From the NCBI GenBank assembly GCA_964035545.1, contig OZ037768.1, forward strand, positions 14,021,675 through 14,085,674: a stretch of DNA of 64,000 nt. The letters are read 5' to 3'. This DNA is from Bugula neritina. Lineage: Eukaryota; Animalia; Bryozoa. Position numbers and translations under genes: made by a program. Below, one piece after another: positions 21,101-34,792 of the stretch; the stretch's first letter is position 1, and every line of letters starts with the position of its first letter. The notes beneath the pieces are model-generated. The model was given only the letters and a program-made list of their open reading frames with translations, searched no databases and was not told the origin of the DNA.

Positions 21101-24100
21101 ACATTGACTGCCAGGTTAGGTGCTAGAGCAAATATTAGCAACACTTACCATCAACTTTCTAAGTCGGGTTGTAACCTGATATAATAAATGAGGAATAACA
21201 ATGCTGCTTCAATGTGAAAACATTCCATGCACCAATATATATAGCACACATAAGTAGCTTATTTCTATGAGAATTCAGGTTTGATATTTTTCATTTATAA
21301 TTTGTACAAAAGTTGCTCAGAAAACAAAGGACTTCTTTATTGTCACCATTATATATTGCCATCTAAAATTAACCACTTTTGTTTAATTTTACATGACATA
21401 TTTGAGTATTTTATTTTTAATAGAAAATTTCAAAATTTGATGCTTTTTTATAATTTAGATGCTTACAGCCATGAAGTTAGATTTAAGTTCAGCGCTAAGA
21501 AGTGCCATGAGCTCATCTGCTGAATTGTACTGTTCGTATAGCTTAGCTTCACCCGTCCTCTGTAACTCTGTCTTAATGTTAGATAACTCAGTGTCTCTAA
21601 AGTTATACCCATTTGACATTAACTTTGTATTCTTGAACAAATAAACAGTGAAATATTAAAAAAAAATATTGAAAAACCAAAAACTAAAAAATACGAAAAT
21701 TATCACCTGTTGGCAGCAGAATTGAAGCAGAACAGAGCGGGTTTACTGCCAGGGGTTTTCAGGTGACCAAAATGAACATCATTGGCTAGAAAACTGTTAG
21801 ATGAGCCACCAATGAATCCTACCATAACATTGCACTGTTCTGAATACTGCCGTCTCAACGCCTTTATTCTATCATCACTCACATTCTAAATACAAGCATA
21901 TTGACAATATTAACCATATGGGGACAAAGCTAATACTGAATGATTTAATGTCTTACTAGTTGCTAATCAGCAATCAACATCCAATAACTATACAATTGCT
22001 AAGAATAAGTTAGACAGTAAAATGAATAGCTAGATGCCCCTTACATTGAAATCTAACTCAAATACCTCTAGCTCATTGGTGGCTGGAAAATTCACAACAT
22101 TCAAATAGTGGCCATCACTTTCCACTAGTGCTTTAAGTTGAGGAACAACTTGGTCTAGAAAAAGGTTCACCTCAAGTACCATGTCATCGGTGTGGGCTAC
22201 GTAAAGTCGCAGAGCTGCGTTGTTGGCACATTCACTCGAAAACAGCCATATATCTGTGTATGAAAGGACATAAACATACTTTTATGCATTTCATATGAAG
22301 TCTTAAACATTTTATTACACGCAACATAAATATAAAACAACTTGTATTGCAAAGTATAGAGAATAACCAAGAATTGAAAAGAAATAATTTCACATGCAGT
22401 ATAAATAGACATTGTTCAACAGCTATGACTTCAAGGTTACAAATTCGTCATTATATGTTTTATTATAGGGGTAATGGGGGGGGGGGGGCACAACGGTCAT
22501 AGGGGTACAAAAAGCCAAATTGGGAGAGAACTTATTGACTTAGAGTTGTGAATTTTTTTCATAAAAAGATATTGACATAATTATTCAGCCTTTGTAGTTT
22601 CAACACTTGCGGAACATACATGTTGAAAAGGCGAGTAAAAAACTGTTTTTATCTACTTTTTGTAGATTTTTTAGGATGTCGTTAAAGCTTTATAACTTTT
22701 TACACTCAAAGGCAAGGAGCCTATATTTTACTGATATTGTTGCCATTGCTTGTCTCTACATTGCTTAACTAGTAATACAGCAAACTCTGAAATAAATTTT
22801 CCTTGAGGCACATTTATTTTCAATTTGGCCACACGGGGCACAATGGGCCACGCTGACCGGGGCACAATGGGCCACCTGATTATTGCACCCTGATCACTGT
22901 TATTAGTTTGTTTGCCCAAAAAGTTGGTTGAAATGTTACTAAAATCTATAGATATAGCCATTTCTGACCTTTTTGTAAAATATCAAAGACATCATGGTAA
23001 GACTACCAAACTACAAGATGAAGCTCCCCTGATATATACATCTGGTGAGGTTAAAGCTTTGCCATTTTATACATAATACAAAACACTCTGCTGTTGCTAC
23101 TTGCTACTAGTAGATAGTCATGATATTCATTATATATTACACCATTGAGGGAATATACATGTATTTGACTAAAATAAATTGTGATTTGCTCATTTGCTCC
23201 CCCCTCTCCCTTCCGTACTCCAGTCACAAACTGAAGCCATGCACCTTAGTTACAGTTCATAGAAAAAAGGCCACTCGCAATTTTGTAGTACATGTAACGA
23301 AAGTTTTTTTTGATAAATGTTCCTCTGAGGTGAAAATAAGAGAACATTTTTAGTTCTAAACAGTAATTATAATGGCACTGCAAAACCGAGTGACGTGCGT
23401 TTGATTTTGCCTTCCTCTGCTATCCGTAGTGGCACAAACTGTACAGCTAAAACATGAATTTTGCTGTAGATCTGAAAAAGTGTCTTTATATATTTGTAAT
23501 ATTAAATAAATAAAGATCAGATGTAACAAAATCCGCAAAATTTCAATATATTTGTTGTGTCCCACCCAGTGGCCCATTATACCCCGGTACCGGGGCACAA
23601 TGGGCCAATTTTTTCGTCATGAAAATTTCATTATTCTGAAAGTTGTGAGAGAGATAGAAACAACAAACTGGTACCTGTAATAGACAACAGCATGAAGACT
23701 AGAGATTATTGAACTAGTAACTTGAAAAACAGACGAATGAGAGCAACAAATGCAAAATTCGGCCCATTGTGCCCCCGTTACCCCTATGCCTCTTACACAC
23801 ATAAATATCAAAATCGTTATAATAAATTTACAGAATAACATAACTATAAACTTGCGTTTATTTTCTTAAATATAAAAAACGTTTCCTATAACTACGAAAT
23901 ACTTCACCTCTATTTAACCCTTGAGCCATCTCGAGTTGCAGCAAGGAGCTAGTAAACTCGTGACGTCTTATTAAAGGTTGATGCAGTTGAGTGTTACTGC
24001 TGGTGGACGGGTCACTTTCCAGCTGAGTCCACCAGTCACCAGAGCTGCCGCTGTCTGCCCCAGTTCTGCAGGTACAATAGAGACACACAGTTACATCCCT

Positions 24101-25913
24101 TTCAATGAGCAGTCGTTAGAAGTTAGAATCTTGATTAAATCACAGGGTGCTACCTGATGGCAAACTTGCTAAGCTACTTACAACACATGCAATACAACAC
24201 ACACTTTGTGCCAACCTGTTTAAACTTTCGCCAGGAAGCATTTCTGGTGCCACTTTGGACAATTTACTCTCTAGATCTCGCTTAGCCCTCAGTAGATTCT
24301 GAATTTCTTTTTCCTTTGTTTCTCTAAATATCTGAAAATAATGATACAATTCTGATAACAAGCATTGTTTTAGTAAAACATGATCTATTGCTTTTCCCCA
24401 CAGGCTGTTGAATATGATTTGTCTGCAGCAAGGTGCTAATCATCAGCACCACTGCTGCCTGTAAATATAGATACCATTACGGACAGGCTACTCATATAGC
24501 TTTGTAAAATACAAACTGCTTTTAGCAGGACCTTCCTTAGAAGAATGGAAGAATTATACATCTAGTAAAGTGAAACCATCTCTGAACAAAACTAAATACC
24601 ATACCATACAACTAATGAAAGTTTTTATTGATGTAGGTTTTCAGGAAGCTTCAAGATTTAGTTGAATACCCCTATGTGTGCTGCGTACACAGCTGGTGGC
24701 TTAGTGTATGTAAGAGCAGAAAGCATTGTAAAGTAACTCTGTACATTGTAACTCACAAATAATAACAATGACCCTACAACTCAGTGGCGACAAGAAATTA
24801 TGCAAGTGGAATATTTTATAAGCTATTGTTGAACCAACTGTTGATTCTTCCCATTATTGCATATTAGATGCAATGTTCTGCAGGCACACAGACATATCCA
24901 TCCCAACACAGAAAGACATCCTATTCTACCATATAATTTATCTAAATAAAAAGGTGTGATATTCAGATACTCATACATATTAACACAGGCATTATTCTTA
25001 CAGCAATAGTGTCACCTTAAATTGTCGCTGAACTTTGTCTCTATCAATCTCAAATGTAGTGGCTCTGGCCATCGCTTCATGCTCGGCTTGCACGGCTTCT
25101 TCTCTTTCTCCACGAAGACGATTACATGTTCTCTTGAAAAAGAAGCTTTGAAATTTATTATTTGCATATTTTCAGTTTTGATATGTTCCCCATCTGTGTG
25201 TGACAAAGCTGAGAGAAAAAGTGGGAATTAAACTACTTCACTTGAATAGGATGGTAAGAGCAAATCACGTTGCACACTTGATGGAACTTGTCATACTAGC
25301 AACAGAAAATGATTTGCTGTAACAGCCTGACAATGTTTTGCATTATTTACAGGCAATTAATAATACAATTGTGTTAAATATATGCTAATTACTGGCAACC
25401 AAAGAACTATGTTATAGTTGACAATAACGAGCTTATAGTTTTAGCTTACTTGTAGTGCCTGTAACTCAGCACGAAGTCGTTTATTTTCGGTGATATTTCT
25501 TTTTTCACTTTTCTGAATATTAGCCATCTCATTTTCTTTATTCTTACGGTACATTTCAAACTCTCTACGTATCCGCTCAGCCTCTGGGTTTTCCATATCC
25601 ATAGACAATGCAGACTGCATACTCCCACTCTTTAGTGTTTTCTTGTTATGAGAATTGCCGGACCTCAACCCTATTCGGCCTGCAATAACCAACCAGTTGA
25701 TATAAACATACTTCAATGAACAGCCAGTTGAAACCAGCATGCTGTAATAAAAGCAGTGACTACATTGAAATTAATGAATAACTTACCTCTGGGCTTAACT
25801 TCATCAGGAACCATAAGAACTGAATTTTGAAATGCATCCACATCATTTAAATCATCTTCATCCAAACCACCTTGACTGCCAGCCTGCGACAGACTAGACC
25901 CTCCGTTGCCCAT
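12113..25913 (-). CDS. NPHP3: Nephrocystin-3 (N-terminal coiled coil, P-loop region, C-terminal TPRs); multi-exon, apparently complete
   Basis: Starts [10 protein letters not shown] (myristoylation-type MG). Coiled coil [16 protein letters not shown] and [25 protein letters not shown]. Walker [15 protein letters not shown] near 19550. TPR exons ([32 protein letters not shown]). Last exon [20 protein letters not shown] at 12113-12115. Confidence 0.95.
22468..23784. mobile_element. Non-autonomous TIR DNA transposon (MITE-like, TA target duplication) in an NPHP3 intron
   Basis: TA|GGGGTAA(T/C)GGGG..GCACAA at left, GGCCCATTGTGCCCCCGTTACCCC|TA at right. Internal CGGGGCACAATGGGCCA copies at 22834, 22858, 23591 and inverted near 23570. 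Second copy of the element at 44600-45785. Confidence 0.9.
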
Positions 25914-27724
25914 CACTTTAGCTAATGCTTTACTAAACGACTGAAAATTCATGCAAAAAGCAAATGTTAAAGTAACTCTGACCGGAAAAAGAGCAATCCG
26001 GAAACAATTTAGGTCTGTATGTATTTCAAATTACACTTACCATGCTGATAGACCATCATAATGCAATCACACCTGAAGCTGTTTTCTTACTAGTGACCAA
26101 CGCAAGAAAATATTCAGTAAAGCTTTCAATATAGGTAAGATGGCTTCTACATTTGATACAACATAAGTGCCTAGTGTTTACATCATACTACTGTACTGCA
26201 GTAATACGCCCAACTGAAACTGCACACTATTATGCAAATATTAGTATTTCATTATATCCATAACAAACAATCAAGCTGATTGGTTGGCTAAAAACTATTT
26301 ACATTAAATAAAACAGCTTTAAACAGGGAAAAATTAACATTTTAATTATCAGAAAATGGAAGAATATATTTAATAAATTTTTTACATTTTCCCTTCACAG
26401 TAAAGAATAGTTGAATATTTTTATTCGATGGATTTCAATTATAGGAATACTGTACAGTCAAGTAACACACAGGCTTGCGCAATAAAAGGTGTGTATTTGC
26501 CACTATTGACACTGGTAGCAGCGTTAAAGACTTTTTAATACCATAAGGTAACAGAAAACAGACTTGACATAGAGTGATCATATTTACTATTAAACAGGCA
26601 GTTTTTCTAAAACGAAAGATTTGCATACTAATAATTTGAAGTTAGGCACTTTTCATGGATCACAATTTTGCAAGCTAAAATAATGACAGTTCTATTTATT
26701 ATACAGCAGTATAATATTTCCTCAAGATAACAATGCATAATTATCTATCAAATCCATATTTACTTTAGTATAATCTGGATGAATAACTGTAGCTGGAAAG
26801 TATTATATAATAAACTACTTACTGTAATGCAAAGTATTTCTTGTATCTTGCCCCATTTATTCCCGTATTAGAATTATATCGTGAAAAGTGCTTTTGCCTG
26901 CATTTGTACAGATTATGTGATTTTAAGACATGACATTGTTTTACAAGGGTGTGTATGTGCATGCGTGTGTATATCGGTCATGCACACAGAAAATAAAAAT
27001 AAATAAATACATTTAAAGCTTTCCAATACATAATAACTTTAGGTGACAGAAAAACTTCATAAAATTAAATTGACTGACACCATATAATGCATACAATGCA
27101 ACTCACCATTTTATAAAGTACACATTAAATTATTTTTTAATAATCTAGAATAATGATGCTTTGAGAAAATTCAATTAGTCATTTAAATAGTAGTATTATG
27201 ATTGTTTTTGCCACCAGAAGCTATTATATAATAACGAAAATTTTTGATTTCAAATTTTGACAATTTTAAGAATCTAATTAGCAAAGGAGTTGTCCACAGT
27301 CAAAAAATATATTGATGTTTATATGCAGTTTTTATATGAAATCAAAAATATTAAATAAAATAGCTGGTTGGGTTGCTTGAGTTAGTTATAGTTTTCGCAC
27401 TGTCACAACCTAAAATCATAACTCAAGAGCAAATAGTTACAAAAGTAACACCAATGGTAAAATTAAATTGACTCACAACACTAAAACGAAAAACAGTATA
27501 AATATTAGTACAACTAGAATAAAAGTAGCATAATTTTTTAAAAAGCTAAAAGTGAAATGAAATCTCAGTGGGGGAAAAATTATTTTACAAGCTATTTCGG
27601 CCTTGAGTTAAGTAGCACTCCAAGGGAATTCCAAGGCCAAGTGAGCATGAACACTGAAGGGGTAGTAGATAGGCCAGTGAAGTTCCTAAAAACAGGGTGG
27701 AATGTAGCGTTGAGTTTACCCAGT

Positions 27725-27797
27725 GGTCCCTGTAGTGTAATGGCTAGAGCGTCTGCTTGCAAGCTGGAAGTCCTGGGTTCAAATCCCAGTGGGACAA
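27725..27797 (+). pseudogene. tRNA-like sequence (tRNA pseudogene or tRNA-derived SINE head)
   Basis: A box TAGTGTAATGG, B box GGTTCAAATCC, perfect T-arm CTGGG-TTCAAAT-CCCAG and GTCCC/GGGAC acceptor pairing. D and anticodon stems pair poorly and the acceptor stem is 1 nt out of register. Confidence 0.65.
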
Positions 27798-29478
27798 AAC
27801 TATTTTATAAATAGTAATGCAAATAAGTTACTTTAAAGCCCTATGAAATTGGGACTTTTATCTTGATTGATACTAATAGATAACAGGTATAGTAATATTA
27901 TTAGTGTGATATAGTAAGTAAGAGCTACAGTAATAATAATGAGTAATAGTGTGCAATAATAGTAATATTATTCTATGATATTTAACAAATTCACAAATTC
28001 AAATTATAGTAGTAAAGTAGTGAACGTAAATTTATTTGCATAGGTTGAGTTTAAAACTAAAAAACATTGAAAACTGTTGGTAGCAGAACTGGATAATTTG
28101 TAACTCAAACTTTACTAGCACTAATACCTGAAATTGCCTAACTCAGGCAACTTATTAAACTTATTGATCAAACTTATACATTTAATTGCCTTGAAGATTT
28201 TGTTTGACTTACAAGTTACTTGAGGGATATTACTAATAATTTTAGTATCACTATTAGTATAACTGTCACTATGAGTATCAGTATGAGACAATTGCAATGA
28301 CAATTTACATGTCACATGGGTGTTCCAATAATTTGATTTTACATTAAATTTAATATAGTAATAATAATAGTAATACTCATACTGATAAATGATAAATATG
28401 GAAATAAATGTAGTAACACTATCACTATCAGCGACTGTGAGTATGACATTCATATTGACTGTATGTGTATCATGGAATAATCACGGATTTGGTGTATTGT
28501 AGTAATTTTATGCTGCTACTAGATGCAGGGTTATAAAATTACTGGAGGTTCATAGGAAATTGATGCTGCACACAGAACGTAAGAGCTCTTTGCCAAAAGA
28601 GTATGAGAGAGAAAACTACACTTGCCAGTCTGATAAAATGTATTGAAGACCTGCTTATTATAGAGCCCATGTCCGACTCTTTACAATAGTGTAGCCACCA
28701 ATGTTAATTACAATCACTGTAATTATCAGGAGAGTACAGTCACTAAGTGCAGCTCCGGTCCAATTCACTCACTAAGGCATTCCACCTCACCTATATTTGA
28801 GTGGAAAGCCTTGTTCTGAGATAAGCGACCGATTCAGGCATCTAAAAATCCGATCAGAGTCCAAATTGGAGAAATCGGCCATCCGGATTGACATTTGATT
28901 TGGCCCAATTTGAATTTCTGTAGGGGAAACTTATCACGCCATATGGGTTGCATCATTTTCAGTACAAAACCAATTACAAGCTAAACAATCAAAATTAACC
29001 CCATATGCGTGAACAAGGAAAGTTCTAGACTTGCTCAGGCTAGCTTATACACAACTGCCCACCACTCACAAGCATGATAAACATATGTATGACTAAGATT
29101 TACTACCGCGAGTGGAATAACAATATATACGCCAAAATCTACTACAGAATGACATCAGTTCCATTGTATCAGCATCACTATGACTATCAGTGTCATAATG
29201 ATGATTACTATGGCTATGACAGTTTTGCGTAGTTCATGTTATTTGTTTTAGCTATCGTTGAAGAGAGTGAACGTGCTCAAGCTAGTTGATTAGTGGAAGA
29301 GGCCGAAGCCGTGCTTTATTTCCACAATATATATAATACAACTAATACTAAAATTATCCTAATATAAGTGAAACAATTGATTGTTAGTACTATGTACAAA
29401 AATAGTAAATTAATAAAATAACAACTACAAATAAATGTTTGCATAAATACCATACATCTCCCACAGAATAGAAAAGTG

Positions 29479-32400
29479 CTAGGTAGGTATGAATGTTTTA
29501 AGAGAGCACATAGTCTGCCGTCTAACTAGGGGGGGGGGCTTCCGATCCCTGGTTGAACGCCGTAGGTTGTCGCTATGATTGGCACTCTCAGTGGTTTCAA
29601 TCTCAGTGCCGCCAACATCTTGCTCAAGATTTTTAGGTACCTCAGGACACGCTGTCTCACTGTCAAGCAACTTTATGTCCTGTCGGTTTCTTCGTAGGAG
29701 GTCATTGTTGAGCTGCACGGCATAGGCTCTGCTAGTTAACTGTTTATTTATTTATGCCACCTGCCATTTCTTCCAGTGTTGACTCCAGTCCCGGACCAAA
29801 ACTGGTTAACCTTCCTTCAGCTCTGCCAAATTTCTTGCTTTGTCATTAAACCTCTGCTGCAGTCTGTTGCTGCAGCTTCACTTTTCCCACCAGCATGGGT
29901 TATCTGTTTTGGACGTGACCTGTGGCAGCACTGATCTGGTTGGCTTTCCAATAAGTTGTTGAATTGGACTAGCTGTCAGGTCTTCCTTGGTGGTGTTTAG
30001 ATGTTCCAGCAGAGCCAGTTCGGGCTTTGCACATCTGCGGAGTATGCGTTTAATTATTTTTGCAGCAGAATCTGCTTTCCAATTAGATTGCAGATGATAA
30101 GGAGAGCTGGTGGTGTGTTTAAAATTCCGCAATTGGTTAAAAGCAGAAAACTGGTGTGAAGAAAACTGTGGTTCATTGTCAGTGTGACCCTGTTTGGGTA
30201 TTCCCAGGCGTCCAAAACAGTGCTTTATAGAGTTGATTACAGTCTTTGTTGTTTGGTTGTTCAGTCGGTCATATTCAAGATAGTCAGTCGTATAGTCAAC
30301 AATAGTAAGGTAATGAGTGTGGTTGTATTCAACTAAGTCGATTCCTACTTTTGTCTAGGGTTGTTCAGGAACTACGTGGAGTAAAAGTGTTTTCTTCTGT
30401 TGTCGGGAAGCATCCATTTGATATTGGCGATAGCTAGCAATATTGTTTTTGATGTCATTGGTGATGCCAAACCAAAACACTGTGTGACGGGCACATCTTA
30501 GTGTAGAGTTAATGCCATTATGGCCAGTGTGAAGTAGTTGAAGAAACTTTTTCTAGAGTGCCTTTGGGATAATGGCTCTTAGCCCTTTGTAAACAATGCC
30601 ATTGCCAATAGATAGTTCATCCTGAAAGTGTTTGTACTGGTCGTAAGTTGTGCAGTTGTGAGTGTTCCAGTCACGTTTAATAAAGTTCATCAGTGTCATA
30701 AGCTCATTGTCTTGTGCAGTAGCAGTCCTAATGCCATTAATCAAGTCGTCACAAACAGGAGAGTCATTATTTTGAGAGTCAATGAGGAAGATATGTTCTG
30801 GTAGTTGTTAATAATTGGGTGCGTCAAAGTATGAGTCTCTTGAAAATAAGTTGGCCATGACCTGTTCAGCACCCTTTTGCCAAGGTACATTAATGTTAGG
30901 GTATCTTTGTAAGTGAAAAAGCGTATCCTGCAACCTCCGTGATGCCTTATAAATGGATTTCCTAAAAATAGAGACAAGGGGTTTGTGGTCAGTCTGGATG
31001 GTGACTAAAGATATACTGGTCAAAGCATTCAGTGCCAAACACTATGGCAAGGCACTCAAGCTCTAACGGCACATAGCTCTGTTCTGATTTTGTCAAACTG
31101 CGAGATGCATATGCTACAGGCTTGCCGCATTGCATGAGTGTTGCACCCACATCAGCATTTGACGTGCCAGTTTGTATAGTAACTGGCTTGTTACAGTCAA
31201 AGTATTGTATAGTCTCCGAGTCAGTTAGTAAGGTCTGCAGTCGATTGAAGGCGTTCATTTTGTCATCAGTCCAGTGAAAGTCTCGAGCATTGTCTTGTGT
31301 CAGTAAACGTCATAATGGTTTAGATTTCGATGCTATATTGTTAATACATTTTGACATGTATGTAATATGATCGAGGAACCGTTTTACTCCTTGTGGAGAT
31401 GAGGGAGGTTTCATCTTAAGAACAGCATTCACTTTGTTAGGATCTGGTTTAAGTCCATTATTTATGAGTATGTGTCCAATGTAAGAAAGAGGGATTTTTT
31501 CCTTGTTCAGTCTCAATCTTGTCTGTGGGGCACGTTTGAAAAGCGCTTGAAGATTGCTGTCATGCTCTTTCCTCGTCCTAAAAATTAAGATGTTACCTGC
31601 AACAATGTTTATGCCATCTGGACCAGCAAGATTTTCTGTGAGCCTTCTTTGAAATTCCTCCGGCGCTGATGCAACTCCGAAGGGTAGCCTTAGGTACTTG
31701 TATTTTCTTATGAAAGTCCAGAAAGTTGTCAAGTTCGTAGATTCTTCAGCTAGAGGAGTTTGATACAGACCTTCTTTGGCGTCACACAAGAAGAAAAACT
31801 TGGCGCTGTTCAATTGTGGTAAAACATTTTCCAATGTTGGCATGACAGCGTGGTTTCGTTTAATGGCTTAATTAAGATTTTGCGGATCTATGTAAATGTG
31901 TATTTTCCCATTAGGCTTCCGTACTGGCTGCAGATGGCTTATCCAGCCTGTAGGTGCTTCTACTTTGGTGATAATCTGGTGCCGTTCCAGTTCAAGAATA
32001 GCATTGATGAGATCTGATTTCATTGACAAAGGCACCTTCTGTGGTCGTACTTACACTGGTATGGCTTCAGCTTTCAGCTTTATCTTATATTCCTGCTCAA
32101 ATTTTCCAAGTCTGGTAAATATGTCATCAAAGTCGGTCAGTAAAGTCTGAAGGTCTAGGTCAATAGTGGCAAAGTTTACATTTTCACTTTCGGTGCTGAG
32201 CAGTTGTAATAGATCCAGATGCAAACATGATTTCCATGACCGCAAGCTGTGTTGAGTGGTTTCTACAACTAGGAATTTCAAGGTAGTGTAATGTCCTTGC
32301 TTGTTTTGTATTTGTATGTGCGTCCACCCTAGTGGTACACACTTGCCCTGGTCATACAAAGTCAGTACAGTATCAGTTGGTGTAAGTTTCGGTCTACCAA

Positions 32401-33425
32401 GCTTGGCATAGTCAATAGTATTAAAAGTATTGCATGACGCACCAGTGTCAAGTTGAAACTCAATGTCATAAATAGTATCTGCCTGCTTAACAGTGAGCAT
32501 CGCTAATAGTTTACAGTCCCATACTGAAGTAGAGATCGTACTTACATTTTGAGAGTCACTGTCTGAAGAGTTGTTAAATGTGACACGATTAGCTGTTTCG
32601 ATTGCGGGGCGATAATGATGCATATGTGACCTGCAGTATGCTGCAAAGTGGTTAAACTTCTTGCAATTATTGGACTGTTTACCATATGCTGAGCAGGCAC
32701 GGGGTGGGTGGTTGTCTCCAAAGTTTCCACACTAATAAGCACCAATTGAACTTCTGTCGTTGGTCTGAGAGTAAGTGTGGAAAACCTGTCCTTTTGTGTT
32801 TATCACGAGTGTAGTCGGAGTAGTATTGATGAGTCGGAGGTATATTTTTCACCAAGTTCACTTGTTCCGAGTCTGTAAATATTATCATTAGTCATGGTCT
32901 TGTAGTCAATTGCTGATGCTTCTTCATGTCTACAGAATTTAATTGCTTTGTCAACATCAGAGTCAGTCAAGTCAAACAGTTTCTTTCTAATCCTGTCACT
33001 TTTAATCGCTAGTATAAGTGCTTGTAGTATCAGTTGGTTGTACATGTCTTTCAAGTCACATAGTCCTGCAATAGTATGTATTTCAGTCAAAAACTCGTCA
33101 ATGGGTCTATTCCCTTGCTTACAAGTAAGTAATGAGTGAGTGTTAGCCACCAAGTTTATTCCTGGCTTACAGTAGTCATCAAATTGCTTCACCACTTTGA
33201 CGTAGTCAGTCTTATTATTGTCGTCAGTCCAGTTGAAAGATTCGTATATTTGGTTGCCTTAGCAGCCGATAGTTCTCAGTAAGTATGCAGTTTTCATTTT
33301 GCTTTCGGCGGTATCTTTCGCGGTGACAGTTAAAAAAAAGTTCAAAATCTCGTTTAAAAATCTTCCACTCTTCAGGTAGATTCGGTTTATTTGCTAATGG
33401 TTTTGGTGCTAGTAACTGCTCTATG
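29479..33425 (-). pseudogene. Fragmented gag-pol of element A
   Basis: Gag (EEWKIFKRDFE, CCHC remnant CKKFNHFAAYC), protease FQLDTGASCN, RT (YLRLPFGVASAPEEFQRR; catalytic motif decayed to VAGN), RNase H (PVAYASRSLTKSEQSY, TDHKPL), integrase (HTTSSPYHLQSN). Many stops and frameshifts. Confidence 0.92.
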
Positions 33426-33580
33426 TTGTCTAAAGGTCTTTTTTTAATAATGATTAGAGCCGGAGCACCATGTTTTGTGTAGTTTATGTTATTTGTTTTA
33501 GCTATTGTTAAAGAGAGTGAGCGTGCTCAAGTTAGTTGATTAACGGAAGAGGCCGAAGCCGTGTTTTATTTCCACAATAT

Positions 33581-34343
33581 TCACTCTGTACTCACTCTGT
33601 GTCGATAGAACATTTAGATATCACAAAAATGTGTAAGTTAAATGCCTCGTTTATAACAGTGTGTTACAGTGGGTAGGCAGTGAATCAGCGTATCACTGAT
33701 TTTTTTTAATTATTCATGAATATTTATTCTCAAATCCCGTATTGTTCGGGGAAGGAAGCTGTTGTGGTAGACACTAGTCTTTGCAGATATTGATGTTAAC
33801 TGTCCTCTGCTCGCAGCTCTAGTGGTCATAGTTGTATTTAATCGATTGTTGACGATCTCATCATAATTAGAAGATAAAGTATTATTGCTGGTTTCATTTT
33901 CTAGAATTTTGTGTAGTAATGTCATTTGATGGTTTCGTCTTCTAGATTCTAGTGGTACCAGTTCAAGAAGATTTCTGGCTTCAGTGATACTTTCCCGTTC
34001 TTTAACAATACTTATGAAGCGGACAGCTTTCCGTTGGACACTTTCTATGAATTAAATGGTCTGTTTACTGGTGGGATCCCATAGAGTGTCCCCATACTCC
34101 AGTATCAGTCGACACAGGCTAGTGTATGCCAATAATCGGCTTTTGGTAGGTGCAGAACGTAGTGTGTATTTAATAGCCCCAAGAATTTTGGTTGCTTTGC
34201 TGGTTTTTTGAGCGATGTGTTGGTCAAACTTTAGATCTTGCTGGAGCGTGATACCAAGATAGCGAGTCTTGCCTGTCCAAGGTATGTCAGCATCACCTAG
34301 TTTATACGCGGGTGATTGGCTTCTTTTGATGAATGCTATGGCA
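33581..34343 (-). mobile_element. 5'-truncated LINE (CR1/L2-like RT C-terminus) inserted in the 5' LTR of element A
   Basis: Minus-strand peptide RYLGITLQQDLKFDQHI...LAYTSLCRLILEYGDTLWDP...VQRKAVRF...NSFLPRTIRDL. Short ACAGAGTGA tandem 3' tail. Flanked by AATAT on both sides (33576-33580, 34344-34348). Confidence 0.85.
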
Positions 34344-34792
34344 AATATAATACAACTGCTACTAAAATTATCCTAATATAAGTGAAACATTTTATTATTA
34401 CTATAAGTACTGGTGTAATGGGATTACGTAGTATAATAATGGGGTCGTCCCCTCTTGTATGGAATACTTATAACTATGTTCTACTATCCAATCAGAGGGA
34501 CCGGAAGACAAGGTTCCGGTCAAGTAACTGTGCGCGATTAGCTAGCAGAAACCATGTGTTGTTGAGAGCAGGGACTCGTAGTAGTAACATGTGTTTATAA
34601 TTGATTGATGTATTGTGGTATTCTGATGTGATGTTATAATTATGTTTAGCGAGTTAAATAAAGGTTATCGTACGCAAACTCTATTAGTAGTTGCTAGTTA
34701 AATTGACATTAAATACGCAGGCAATCCACGCTTAATAATTGTGCTAAAACTCACAACAGTGGTGGCAGCGGTGGGATTTCGCTTATATCAAG

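Noticed and set aside
22834-22874. Short direct repeats resembling a CRISPR or iteron array
   Set aside because: Eukaryotic context, only two adjacent units and no cas genes; they are internal MITE motifs.
28460-29160. Moderately GC-richer stretch that might be a gene or TE remnant
   Set aside because: No convincing ORF, splice pattern, terminal repeats or second copy in the window.
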